From the NCBI GenBank assembly GCA_045863335.1, contig BTVY01000031.1, positions 30,207-94,206 on the forward strand: a stretch of DNA of 64,000 nucleotides, read 5' to 3'. Below the pieces are notes generated by a model. The model did not search any database and had not been told where the DNA came from. It was given only the letters and a program-made list of their open reading frames with translations. The position numbers and the translations under genes are program-made. This stretch comes from Candidatus Hydrogenedentota bacterium (GTDB lineage Bacteria > Hydrogenedentota > Hydrogenedentia > Hydrogenedentales > SLHB01). Below, piece by piece: positions 38,589-47,814 of the stretch; the stretch's first letter is position 1, and each line of letters begins with the position of its first letter.

Positions 38589-38894
38589 AGGTGTCTCGTC
38601 CACACTTCTTAGAGTCCGGCTGCCACACCCGCCATTTTATACTACGACTAACCTGAGTGTGCGTGGACTCGGAAAAGGTTCTGCGTGTTGCGTTCAGTTC
38701 GGCCTAACCCGTGGAATCAAGTTGGGACTCGCACGAGCGAATATCCAATGGGTATATCCAGTAGGCATATGTAACTCGATGGCCAATGGAAACCGCTTTT
38801 CCATCCATGCTACAAAATATGCCTCCGCGCGATGCGCGGCTGCAAGGTCGGAATGAACGGAATTCCTCACCGGCAAATCACACCCGGTGTTCTG

Positions 38895-38974
38895 GAGGCA
38901 TTTCCCAAATGAGCGAACTATCCCGGCGGACGGTGTTGAAGGCGACGGCGGCGGAAGGAAGGAACCAATTATGA
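38895..38974 (+). pseudogene. Truncated duplicate of the 5' end (RBS + Tat signal start) of the gene at 40282
   Basis: 38895-38954 matches 40268-40327 at 57/60 nt. It reads MSELSRRTVLKATAA, then diverges and stops at 38974. Confidence 0.85.
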
Positions 38975-38998
38975 ATTACGAATTATGGATTACGAATT
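38967..38998 (+). repeat. AT-rich heptamer tandem repeat (AATTAYG), also at 45483-45507
   Basis: aattatg aattacg aattatg gattacg aatt. Confidence 0.8.
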
Positions 38999-39078
38999 GG
39001 TAGTCGGGGATGGGGTGTGTTTGCTAGGTCTGTCCGAATCGTCCGCCCGAGGCACAGCCCCCTATGTCTCCGGTCAGC

Positions 39079-39708
39079 TTAATAGCCGTCGTCTTCTTCG
39101 GGCGGTCGTATCTCTTGGGCGACCAGTTCTTGCCACACGGCAAGCGCTTCGGGGGTGGCGCCTGCAGCGTGTAGGTGCTCGACGACGGGGCCGGCGTCAC
39201 ACTTGAGGTCGGGAAAGGTCAGCAACAACATCGCGAGGTCGCGCCAATCGGTACCGGATTTGGGCTGCCCACGCCGTTTCTGATAGGCGAGCACTTTGCT
39301 GGCGATCAACGCGGCGGGTGCCATCACCAGCACACCGGCAACGCGTTTCGATTCCGGCAAGGTATCGACGCGCCGCAGGTCCACCAGGTGACGGTTACCG
39401 GCTTTCCGCACCTGAAACAGCCGCAAGCCGCGTCCGTCCGCGACGCGCCGGATACGCACGGCGATGCGGAACCGCTGCCGCAGATAATCGCATAAGTCTT
39501 CGGCGGCCTCATCGGCGCGCGTTGACAGCAAATCAAGAGCTTGTGTCATGCGGGGTTCATTCACATACGCGTTAACCGCTTGAGCGCCGAAGACAACGAT
39601 ATCGTCGCGCTCCCGGAGGAATTCCAGCACCGCATTGTGTAGCGTGGCTAATGGCAGAGGATCGCCCATCTTAAACTCCTGGAATGTCAAGACATCAGCA
39701 CCAAACAT
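39079..39708 (-). CDS. Pol-beta-fold nucleotidyltransferase (AbiEii-like) protein
   Basis: VVFGAQAVNAY..EPRMTQALD, then LIASKV..Y..R...K..TDWRDL; GAGGAG precedes ATG 39708. Confidence 0.7.
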   Translation of the reverse strand: MFGADVLTFQEFKMGDPLPLATLHNAVLEFLRERDDIVVFGAQAVNAYVNEPRMTQALDLLSTRADEAAEDLCDYLRQRFRIAVRIRRVADGRGLRLFQVRKAGNRHLVDLRRVDTLPESKRVAGVLVMAPAALIASKVLAYQKRRGQPKSGTDWRDLAMLLLTFPDLKCDAGPVVEHLHAAGATPEALAVWQELVAQEIRPPEEDDGY

Positions 39709-39765
39709 GTCCAACTCCTCTGACTCGACGCGCACTCCGGGCCCCAAATCGCCGTACCGCCTGAA

Positions 39766-40032
39766 TCAGCGGCGGTGAACAGACCGTTCGCTGGATTTCT
39801 TCGTTGGGCGATGTGTTTTTGTCGAATCAAGCAATGATCGTAGTGCATCATTCACCGCTGCGGAATCAGAGAATGCCTCGGCAACGTCGGGTTCAAGCAT
39901 GACGACATTCGCACCCTCTTTCAAAATGCGTTTGTGATACTTGCCGCGGACAGCCTTTGAATAGTCAAAATCGTATTCGGCCCGTAAATCATCATCGATT
40001 TTTGTCTTAGCCTTCATGTTTTTTCCCGCCAT
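39766..40032 (-). CDS. BrnA-like (ribbon-helix-helix) antitoxin
   Basis: DDLRAEYDFDYSKAVRGKY...VVMLEPDVAEAFSDSAAVNDALRSLL, the pattern of small proteins usually encoded after BrnT/DUF497 toxins. Confidence 0.7.
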   Translation of the reverse strand: MAGKNMKAKTKIDDDLRAEYDFDYSKAVRGKYHKRILKEGANVVMLEPDVAEAFSDSAAVNDALRSLLDSTKTHRPTKKSSERSVHRR

Positions 40033-40281
40033 CGCCTCAGCGGCAAGTATCTCCAGGACTAGGGCCGAGCAATGCCTTGAGAATAGTCTACCACATTGGC
40101 CTGATGGGGAAGACGTTCCGCTGGATTGCCCAAAAGCCGATTGATTCCTCCAATGGAACCCTCCTGCCCGTTCGTGTTACAACGCTCGTCTTGGCGTACG
40201 GCCTGCTGCGAGGCCGTAGTGGGTGCATGGCATTTGTCCACGGACGCGTTGCTTCCGTGAAACGCAAGAGGCATTTCCCCA

Positions 40282-41787
40282 ATGAGCGAATTATCCCGGC
40301 GGACGGTGTTGAAGGCTACGGCGGCGGCGGGGATTGCGTCGGCGTTGAGTTCGGGGATGGGAGGCGGTGAGATGGCGGACGCGGCGCGGCGGGAGGTGAT
40401 TCGTAAGGAGAACGCGAAGCCGGGGGCGACGGACTGGCAGTTGACGTATACGCGGGTGGATCCGGCGACGCAGTACCGCTGTCCGTGGATCGAGGGGTAC
40501 GTGTCGCGGGCGAGCCTGCGCGCGGGGGAGTCGCTGGACATCATGGTCAGCACGAGGCCGGCGAAGCCGTTCACGATCGATCTCTACCGCATGGGGTATT
40601 ACGGCGGCGCGGGCGCGCGGCACGTGATGGCGCTGGGACCCTTCGAGGGCGTGGCGCAAGAAGACCCGCCCGTGGGGGAGGAACGCCTGCGCGAGTGCCG
40701 GTGGACACCCTGCGCGACGATCACCATTCCCGAGGACTGGGTGAGCGGGGTGTACCTCGGCAAGCTCAAGCTCGTCGAGGGGCGCTGCGAGAGTTACATC
40801 ATCTTCATCGTCCGCGACGACCGGAAAGCCGACGTGGTGTTTCAATGCAGCGACAACACGTGGCAGGCCTACAACCGCTGGCCCGACAACTATTCGCTGT
40901 ACGACAACGAAGAGACCATCTGGGCGCTGAAACCCGGCATCCGCGTGAGCTACGACCGGCCCTACGGCAAGTATTGTCAGATCATCGACGCGCCCTTGTC
41001 GCAGGGGTCCGGCGAATTCCTGTTGTGGGAGTTTCCGCTGGCGTATTGGTTGGAGCGCGAGGGGTACGACGTGACCTATTGCTCCAACACGGACGTGCAT
41101 GCCGATCCGGCTTGCGTGACGCGCGGGAAAGCCTTCATCTCCGTCGGCCACGACGAATACTGGAGTCTCGAACAGTTCAACCACGTGAAGGCCGGCATCG
41201 ACGCGGGCGTGAACGTGGCGTTTCTCTCGGGTAACACCTGCTGCTTCGTCGCGCCCTTGTCGCCGAGTTCGACGGGACAACCGCACCGCACCTTCACGCG
41301 TGAGGGTTGCTTCGGCGGCATGAGCGAAAAGGAAGCGGCGATTATGGGTCCGTTCCCAATGGAAGGGCCGGACGAGCGCGACCTCATCGGCGCGCGGACG
41401 ATTATCCCGTTCAACGGGTCCGGCGATTGGATTGTGTCGGACGACACCTGCTGGCTGTTCGAAGGCACCGGCATGAAGAACGGCGACCGCATCCCGGGGA
41501 TCGTGGGGTGGGAATTCCACGGCGAACCCGCGCCGATCGAGGGGTTGAAGGTCATCGCCGAAGGCGACGCGATCAACGGCGCGGAAGAAATCGGCCATTG
41601 GACCGCGACCTTGTATCCGGGTCCGAAAGGCAACTGGGTGTTCAACGCGTCGACCATTTACTGGGCGCAGGGGTTGAGCAGTCCGCCGGGGCACATGCTG
41701 CCGTACTCGCACAACGGCCGGCCGCACGGGCCAGATGCGCGGGTCGATCGGATCACGCGGAACTTCCTCAACCGCGCGATTGGATGA
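40282..41787 (+). CDS. Tat-exported N,N-dimethylformamidase beta-subunit-like (DUF6605) protein
   Basis: SRRTVLK Tat motif, IEGYVS..S...GE, LYRMGYYGG.GAR, TWQAYN.W, VSYDRPY, WLEREGYDVTY, SVGHDEYWS and FLSGN. Confidence 0.82.
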   Translation: MSELSRRTVLKATAAAGIASALSSGMGGGEMADAARREVIRKENAKPGATDWQLTYTRVDPATQYRCPWIEGYVSRASLRAGESLDIMVSTRPAKPFTIDLYRMGYYGGAGARHVMALGPFEGVAQEDPPVGEERLRECRWTPCATITIPEDWVSGVYLGKLKLVEGRCESYIIFIVRDDRKADVVFQCSDNTWQAYNRWPDNYSLYDNEETIWALKPGIRVSYDRPYGKYCQIIDAPLSQGSGEFLLWEFPLAYWLEREGYDVTYCSNTDVHADPACVTRGKAFISVGHDEYWSLEQFNHVKAGIDAGVNVAFLSGNTCCFVAPLSPSSTGQPHRTFTREGCFGGMSEKEAAIMGPFPMEGPDERDLIGARTIIPFNGSGDWIVSDDTCWLFEGTGMKNGDRIPGIVGWEFHGEPAPIEGLKVIAEGDAINGAEEIGHWTATLYPGPKGNWVFNASTIYWAQGLSSPPGHMLPYSHNGRPHGPDARVDRITRNFLNRAIG

Positions 41788-41846
41788 AGGCAAGTAAGAA
41801 TCAATTGCCGCGAAAGACCGCAAAGAACGCGAAAGGACAGTGACTT

Positions 41847-42015
41847 AAGAACATCCCCCTTGATCCCCCTTCGAAGGGGGAATTTGCATGCGTGAACTTG
41901 AGGTCTTGAAAGGCAGGCTTTGCTCCGATACTGGGTAGTGGCAACTCCTCGAAAACGCAACGCGAAGCGTTGCGAACAATTCCCCCTTTGAAGGGGGATC
42001 AAGGGGGATGTTCTT
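41847..42015. mobile_element. 169-bp REPIN/MITE-like element with 38-bp terminal inverted repeats
   Basis: AAGAACATCCCCCTTGATCCCCCTTCGAAGGGGGAATT (41847-41884) matches the reverse complement of 41978-42015 with one mismatch. A solo copy lies at 62322-62356. Confidence 0.7.
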
Positions 42016-42353
42016 CAGTTATTCCGGTAGCATGTGGATGTGGAATCACTCGATAGTGCCGATGTTCCCCACCAAGTTTTGAAGATGGTTCCCCGCGTTC
42101 GCGAGGATGACGGTGCGGGTGCGAACGTGGGTCGTCCGTGGGAAGGCGTGGCAATTAGTATGCACGCGGTCTTTGGTGAAAGATGGATCCTCGCGAACGC
42201 GGGGATTCATCATGAGTTTCATGCGTGACATGCGCTGACGGCGAAAACCCAGGCCCTACGCTTGAATTTGGCGTGCGGTATCCGTTTAGCTTAGTCCCAT
42301 TCATCGGTCGCGCTTGGCTGCTTCGTTCTTCGTCAACACCAGGAGCTTTGGCT

Positions 42354-45300
42354 TTGAAGACGTTTGATCTCCCCCGAATCGTTTCTCTATGTCTATTCTC
42401 CGCCTCGACTATCGCTTTCGCCGATCCCCCTTCGATGCTTGACACGATCTCGGTCCCCGAAGGTTTCCACGTGGAAGTAGCCGCGGGACCGGAGCTGAGT
42501 TCGTATCCCATGCTGATCACCCTCGATGACCGCGGGCGGTTATTCATCGCGGAGTCGTCAGGGAAGGATATCTCGGGTAAGGAGATGGTGGAAGCGCCGG
42601 AATGTGTGATCCTCATGCTGGAGGACACCAACGACGACGGCGTCTTTGACACGCGAACGGTGTACGCCGACAAGCTCAGTCTACCCATGGGCGTGTTGTG
42701 GCATCAGGGGAATGTATACGTTGCGTCCCCGCCGGATTTCTTCCGCTTCCGCGACACCGATGGCGACGGCGTCGCCGACGAGCGCGAAGTGCTGCTCACC
42801 GGATGGAACGTATTCAACACCGCCAGCCTGCACGGGCCATTCCTGGGTCCCGACGGCTGGTTGTACCTGACCCACGGTCGCCACGGCTACAAGATCACCA
42901 CGAAAGAAGGCGACCTGCTTGAAGGTCTCGCGCCAAGGATCTGGCGTTGCCGTCCGGACGGGACCGGCCTCGAACGCGTCGCGGGCGGTGGGTTTGACAA
43001 TCCCGTCGAACTGGTGTGGACCGATAGCGGCGATATGTTCGGCACCATGACCTACTTCACCGACCCGAAGAACGGCCAGCGCGACGCGTTGCTGCACTTC
43101 GTTGAAGGCGGGGCATATCCCAAGTACCACGAGTCCGTGTCCGAGTTTGTGCGCACGGGAGACCTCATGCCGGTGATGACGAAGTTCGCGCGGATCGCGC
43201 CTTCGGGGCTGGCGCTGTATCAGAGCGAGGCGTGGGGGCCGGAGTTTGAAGGCAACTTGTTCAGCGCGCATTTCAATCCCCACCGCGTGCAGCGGCACAT
43301 CGTGCACCGCGAATCGGGAACCTACCGCACGGAGGACGCCGACTTCATGACCTCGTCGAGTTCCGACTTCCATCCCACCGACGTGGAGGAAGACGCCGAT
43401 GGCAGTTTGCTGGTGTCCGACACCGGCGCGTGGTACGTGGACGCGTGTCCCATTTCGCGCGTGGCGAAACCGGAGATTCGCGGCGCCATATACCGCATCC
43501 GAAAGGACGATGCGCAACGGATTGACGATCCCTGGGGCAAGCGCGAAGGTTTGGACAAGTCGCGTCCCGCGAAACTGGCCGCGTATCTCGAAGACGCGCG
43601 GCCTCGCGTCCGGGCGCGCGCGCTGGAACTGCTCGTCGCGAACGGTGAGGATTCCGTGAAACCGCTGTCCAAGTTGATGCGCGACAGCTCGTCTGCGAGG
43701 GCGAAGACCGGCGCGGTGCGGGCGCTGAGCCGCATCGCTACCAACGATGCGCTTGCAGCGATGCGCGATGCTTTGAGTGATGCCTCCTACGAAGTGCGTA
43801 TGGCCGCGGCGCACGCGCTCGCGATGAATCGTGACGCAGAAGCTGCGGCTCCATTGATCGCGCTGCTCAAGGATGCCGACCCTGGCGTGCGTCGTGAAGC
43901 CGCGCTGGCGCTGGGGCGTATCGGAGCGGCAGACGCTGCGCCGAACCTGCTCGCAGCTTGCGCAAATGCCGCCGATCGCTTCGAGGAACATGGTCTCATT
44001 TACGGCGCAATCGCGTTGGCGCAGGACGCCCCGGCTGCGGAGGCGTTGAAACACGATGCGCCCGCGGTACAACGGGCCGCACTGATCGTGCTCGACCAGC
44101 TCAACAGTCCGCTGCTGTCGAAGGACGACGTCGTTCCCTTCCTGGCTTCCGGCGATGAAGCCATGCGGAAAACGGGACTCTGGGTTGCGTCGCGGCATCC
44201 TGATTGGTCGGATGTGGTGATTGCGTTTCTTGAGGACCAGTTGCGCGGCGAAAGTTTTGAGCCTACGTCCGCGCAGTCCTTAAAGGAAATACTCCTGGCC
44301 TACGCGGGCGACGCGGCGGTCCAGGAACTCGTGGCCGGCATGTTGGGCGACGCAACAGTCGATCCTTCGCGGCGGCTGTTCCTATTTGATGTGCTCGATG
44401 CGGCGACGCTCAGCGAACTGCCCGAGTCTTGGGTTGCTGCGATTGGCGCCAACCTCGACGCTGCGGACGAGCAATTGCGCTGGCGCGCGGCGAACCTTAT
44501 CCGCAGCCGCACGCTGACCCAGTTCGACGAGCGCCTCGAAACCATCGCCAACGATCCCGCCCAACCGATGGCGCTGCGGGTGAACGCCCTCGGGACCGTC
44601 ATTCAACGCAACCCGCAACTCGGCAAATCGCAGTTCGAGATGCTGCTCTCTTGTCTCAGCGCCGACACGGAACCCGCCGTGCGCCTTGCCGCGGGTAAGG
44701 ATCTTGCCAACGCGGATCTGAGCGTCGACCAACTCCGTTTGCTTGCGCAGGACTACTTGCCGAATGCCGACGCGCTGACCTTCTCCGCGCTGCTCGATGC
44801 GTTCCGGAAGAGCGAGGACGCGTCGGTAGGCTTTGCGCTGGTCGCGAGTCTCGAACACGCGCCCATCAATCCCAATCTCATTCCCGGCGGTGTGGATGAT
44901 CTGCTTCATACGTATCCGGAACCGGTGCAAGAAGCCGCGGGCCCCTTGCGCGCGCAGGCCGAAGCCGAGGAAAAGGCCCGCATCGAACGTCTGCTGACGC
45001 TGGAGCCGCTGTTGGGCACGGGCGACGTGGGGCGGGGCCGCCGCATCTTCTTCGGCGACAAGGTCGCGTGCAGCACTTGCCACGCCGTGGGCGAAGAGGG
45101 AGGGCATCTCGGGCCGGACTTGACTTCGATCGGCGCGGTGCGCTCCGGTCATGATCTGCTGGAGGCGCTTTTGTTCCCGAGCGCGAGTTTCGTTCCGCCG
45201 TACGAACCGTATACAGTGGATACCGAATGGGAGACCTTTTCGGGGGTGATTGGGCGCGAGACCCAAGAAGCGATCACGCTCAAGACCGCTGCCGACGAAG

Positions 45301-45479
45301 AGGTGCGGATTCCGCGGTCCGAGATTCGGAACATGGCGCCTTCGCTGGTGTCGGTTATGCCGGACGGGTTGGATGTCGGGTTAACCCAACAGGAATTGTT
45401 GGACCTCATGGCCTTTCTCCAGTCTTTGAACAATGAGGTCTGGCTCTTGCCGGAGATTCGCGGCGCGAGCGAGCACTGA
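42354..45479 (+). CDS. PVC-type heme-binding protein: beta-propeller dehydrogenase-like domain + HEAT repeats + cytochrome c
   Basis: VPEGFHVEV.A, LEDTNDDG.FD..TVYAD, GPDGWLY, IWRCRPDG, DFHPTD, HEAT repeats, and ACSTCH...GPDLT...SVMP.GL. TTG start follows AGGAG. Confidence 0.88.
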   Translation: MKTFDLPRIVSLCLFSASTIAFADPPSMLDTISVPEGFHVEVAAGPELSSYPMLITLDDRGRLFIAESSGKDISGKEMVEAPECVILMLEDTNDDGVFDTRTVYADKLSLPMGVLWHQGNVYVASPPDFFRFRDTDGDGVADEREVLLTGWNVFNTASLHGPFLGPDGWLYLTHGRHGYKITTKEGDLLEGLAPRIWRCRPDGTGLERVAGGGFDNPVELVWTDSGDMFGTMTYFTDPKNGQRDALLHFVEGGAYPKYHESVSEFVRTGDLMPVMTKFARIAPSGLALYQSEAWGPEFEGNLFSAHFNPHRVQRHIVHRESGTYRTEDADFMTSSSSDFHPTDVEEDADGSLLVSDTGAWYVDACPISRVAKPEIRGAIYRIRKDDAQRIDDPWGKREGLDKSRPAKLAAYLEDARPRVRARALELLVANGEDSVKPLSKLMRDSSSARAKTGAVRALSRIATNDALAAMRDALSDASYEVRMAAAHALAMNRDAEAAAPLIALLKDADPGVRREAALALGRIGAADAAPNLLAACANAADRFEEHGLIYGAIALAQDAPAAEALKHDAPAVQRAALIVLDQLNSPLLSKDDVVPFLASGDEAMRKTGLWVASRHPDWSDVVIAFLEDQLRGESFEPTSAQSLKEILLAYAGDAAVQELVAGMLGDATVDPSRRLFLFDVLDAATLSELPESWVAAIGANLDAADEQLRWRAANLIRSRTLTQFDERLETIANDPAQPMALRVNALGTVIQRNPQLGKSQFEMLLSCLSADTEPAVRLAAGKDLANADLSVDQLRLLAQDYLPNADALTFSALLDAFRKSEDASVGFALVASLEHAPINPNLIPGGVDDLLHTYPEPVQEAAGPLRAQAEAEEKARIERLLTLEPLLGTGDVGRGRRIFFGDKVACSTCHAVGEEGGHLGPDLTSIGAVRSGHDLLEALLFPSASFVPPYEPYTVDTEWETFSGVIGRETQEAITLKTAADEEVRIPRSEIRNMAPSLVSVMPDGLDVGLTQQELLDLMAFLQSLNNEVWLLPEIRGASEH

Positions 45480-45568
45480 CGCAATTAAGAATTATGAATT
45501 ACGAATTCGGTATGCTTGGGGAGATGAGCGGGAATTGAATCTTGATGAACGAGGGAGGGGGTGAGCGA

Positions 45569-46921
45569 ATGAAGAAGTTGAGATCGAATCAAAGCGGGGC
45601 GGACGCTTCGGCGCTGAGCCGACGCGATTTCCTCAAGCGCACGGCGGCAGCGACAAGCGCGGCCGTGGCCGCGCCGATGATAATCCCATCGTCCGCGCTG
45701 GGCCTTGGCGCATCCGTCGCGCCGAGCAACCGGATCGTCATGGGATGCATCGGCGTGGGCAGCCAGGGCACGGGAAACATGAAGGGATTCCTGAATTTTC
45801 CGAAGGCGCAGTTTGTTGCCGTATGCGACGTCGATCGCGGCCACCGCGAGAACGCGCAGAACATCATCAACGAAACCTACGGCAATAAAGACTGCGCCGG
45901 GTACAACGATTTCCGGGAGTTTCTCGAACGCGATGATCTGGATGCCGTGTCCATCGCCGTACCGGACCATTGGCACTCCATCCCGGCCATCGCGTGCGCG
46001 AAGAAGGGCCTGGACATCTACGCGGAGAAGCCTTTGGCGCTGACGATCCACGAAGGCAAGGCCATGGTCGAAGCGGTGCATCGCTACGGCGTCGTGTGGC
46101 AGACCGGCAGTTGGCAGCGCTCCAAAGAAAACTTCCGCAAGGGATGCGAACTCGTGCGGAACGGCCGCATCGGCAACGTGCACACCGTGCAGGTCGGGCT
46201 GCCCACGGGACATTCCATCGAGACGCAACCGGCAATGCCCATCCCGGACGGGTTCGACTACGACTTCTGGCTTGGGCCCGCGCCGGACGCACCCTACACG
46301 GAAAAACGGTGCCACTGGGATTTCCGCTGGATTCTCGACTACTCGGGCGGGCAGTTGACCGACTGGGCCGCGCACCATTGCGACATCGCAAACTGGGGCA
46401 TGGGAACCGAGAACACCGGCCCCGTCTCGGTCAAGGCCGTCGGCGTGTTTCCGCGCGACGGATTGTACGACGCGGCCATCAACTACAATCTCGAATGCAA
46501 GTTCGCACCCGGCGCGAGCCCTGTTGCGCCTGACGGATTCACGCTATTGGTCGCGGACTCGGCGACCTTCCCTATGGGTACGCGGTTCATTGGTACCGAA
46601 GGCGAGCTATACGTCGATCGCGGCGATACGATCGAAGCCAATCCTGCCTCCATCCTTGACGAAGCCGTGGGCGAAAACGAGACGCGGCTGTACAAGAGCG
46701 AGAACCACGCGCAGAACTTCTTCGACTGTGTGCGCAGCCGGGAACAGTGCGTGGCGCCGATTCATGCGGCCCATCGCGCGATCACCATCGCCCATCTCGG
46801 AAACATCGCGATGCAACTGGGCCGTGAAGTGAACTGGGATCCCGCGGCGGAGACCTTCCCCAACGATCCCACGGCCGCGCGCAAACTGAAACGCGCAATG
46901 CGCGGCAACTGGCACATCTAG
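45569..46921 (+). CDS. Tat-exported Gfo/Idh/MocA oxidoreductase
   Basis: SRRDFLK, IGVGSQG, VAVCDVD, AVPDHWH, YAEKPL, QTGSWQRS, WLGPAP and DWAAHH.D. Confidence 0.92.
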   Translation: MKKLRSNQSGADASALSRRDFLKRTAAATSAAVAAPMIIPSSALGLGASVAPSNRIVMGCIGVGSQGTGNMKGFLNFPKAQFVAVCDVDRGHRENAQNIINETYGNKDCAGYNDFREFLERDDLDAVSIAVPDHWHSIPAIACAKKGLDIYAEKPLALTIHEGKAMVEAVHRYGVVWQTGSWQRSKENFRKGCELVRNGRIGNVHTVQVGLPTGHSIETQPAMPIPDGFDYDFWLGPAPDAPYTEKRCHWDFRWILDYSGGQLTDWAAHHCDIANWGMGTENTGPVSVKAVGVFPRDGLYDAAINYNLECKFAPGASPVAPDGFTLLVADSATFPMGTRFIGTEGELYVDRGDTIEANPASILDEAVGENETRLYKSENHAQNFFDCVRSREQCVAPIHAAHRAITIAHLGNIAMQLGREVNWDPAAETFPNDPTAARKLKRAMRGNWHI

Positions 46922-46965
46922 AGCGTGAGAACCGGCGCGGTTTGCGCCGCGCAAGGAGATAGCTA

Positions 46966-47733
46966 ATGACACCGAATGGAATTGCAACGGCGGCGCTGGC
47001 GGGCGCGGCGTCTTTTGCCGCACCGGCGGCGATGACCGCCGAAGAGCTGCTGCAGACGATCGCATCATACGAATACGGACAGACCCGCGTGCCTCTGCTG
47101 GTGGCGGAAGAGTGGGTTCGCATGAATTTGGATTCCGAACTGAATCGCCGGGGCGTCGCATTCGCGCTGGCGGGAATTCTGGAAGGCAATGCGACTAAGG
47201 ACGGGAAGCAGTTTGTTTGCCGCCAGCTTGCCGTCATCGGATCGGAGGAGAACCTGCCCGCCCTCGCGCCGCTGCTGCTCGATGCGCAAACGGCAGACAT
47301 GGCGCGCTACGCGATCCAACGTATGCCGGGCGCGAAGGCCGATGCGGTCTTGCTCGAAGCATTGGACAAGGCCGCGGCATCTGCGGTTCCTGGGATTATC
47401 AATTCTCTGGCCGACCGGCGCACGGCCGCCGCGGTCGAGCCGCTGGCTGCGCGCGCCACGGGCGACGACGCCGTTGTCGCGGAATGCGCCATCGCGGCCT
47501 TGGGCAAGATAGGCGGTTCGGACGCCGCGAAAGCGCTCGATAAGCTCAAGGGCAACGTCGATCCGTCCCTGGAACGCGCCGTATCGAATGCGCAACTGCT
47601 GGTCGCGGAAGACCTGCTCGCGTCTGGAGATAAGAATAGCGCACTCAAGATCTATACGGCGCTGGCCTCGACCGATGAGGAAGCGCCGGTGCAAACGGCC
47701 GCGAAGCTCGGGCTTGAAGCGGCTCGCATGTAA
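46966..47733 (+). CDS. HEAT-repeat protein
   Basis: CRQLAVIGSEE.LPALAPLL.D...DMARYA and AIAALGKIG repeats. Confidence 0.8.
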   Translation: MTPNGIATAALAGAASFAAPAAMTAEELLQTIASYEYGQTRVPLLVAEEWVRMNLDSELNRRGVAFALAGILEGNATKDGKQFVCRQLAVIGSEENLPALAPLLLDAQTADMARYAIQRMPGAKADAVLLEALDKAAASAVPGIINSLADRRTAAAVEPLAARATGDDAVVAECAIAALGKIGGSDAAKALDKLKGNVDPSLERAVSNAQLLVAEDLLASGDKNSALKIYTALASTDEEAPVQTAAKLGLEAARM

Positions 47734-47745
47734 TCTCGTATCGAC

Positions 47746-47776
47746 GCCGCCATCGGATTCAGGATTCGGTGGCGGC
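47746..47776 (+). terminator. Hairpin after the HEAT-repeat gene
   Basis: GCCGCCATCGGA / TTCGGTGGCGGC inverted repeat with G-U pairs; weak U tail. Confidence 0.4.
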
Positions 47777-47814
47777 CGGTTCATATTTGACCCTCGGCCG
47801 AGGATTGCCCATTC

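Noticed and set aside
38694-38876. 60-aa minus-strand ORF upstream of the SIR2 gene
   Set aside because: No SD or recognisable motif; possibly a gene fragment.
40291-41823. 510-aa antisense ORF
   Set aside because: Shadow of the GC3-rich DUF6605 gene; no independent motifs.
42681-45266. Long antisense ORFs (505 and 294 aa)
   Set aside because: Shadows of the heme-binding protein gene caused by codon bias.
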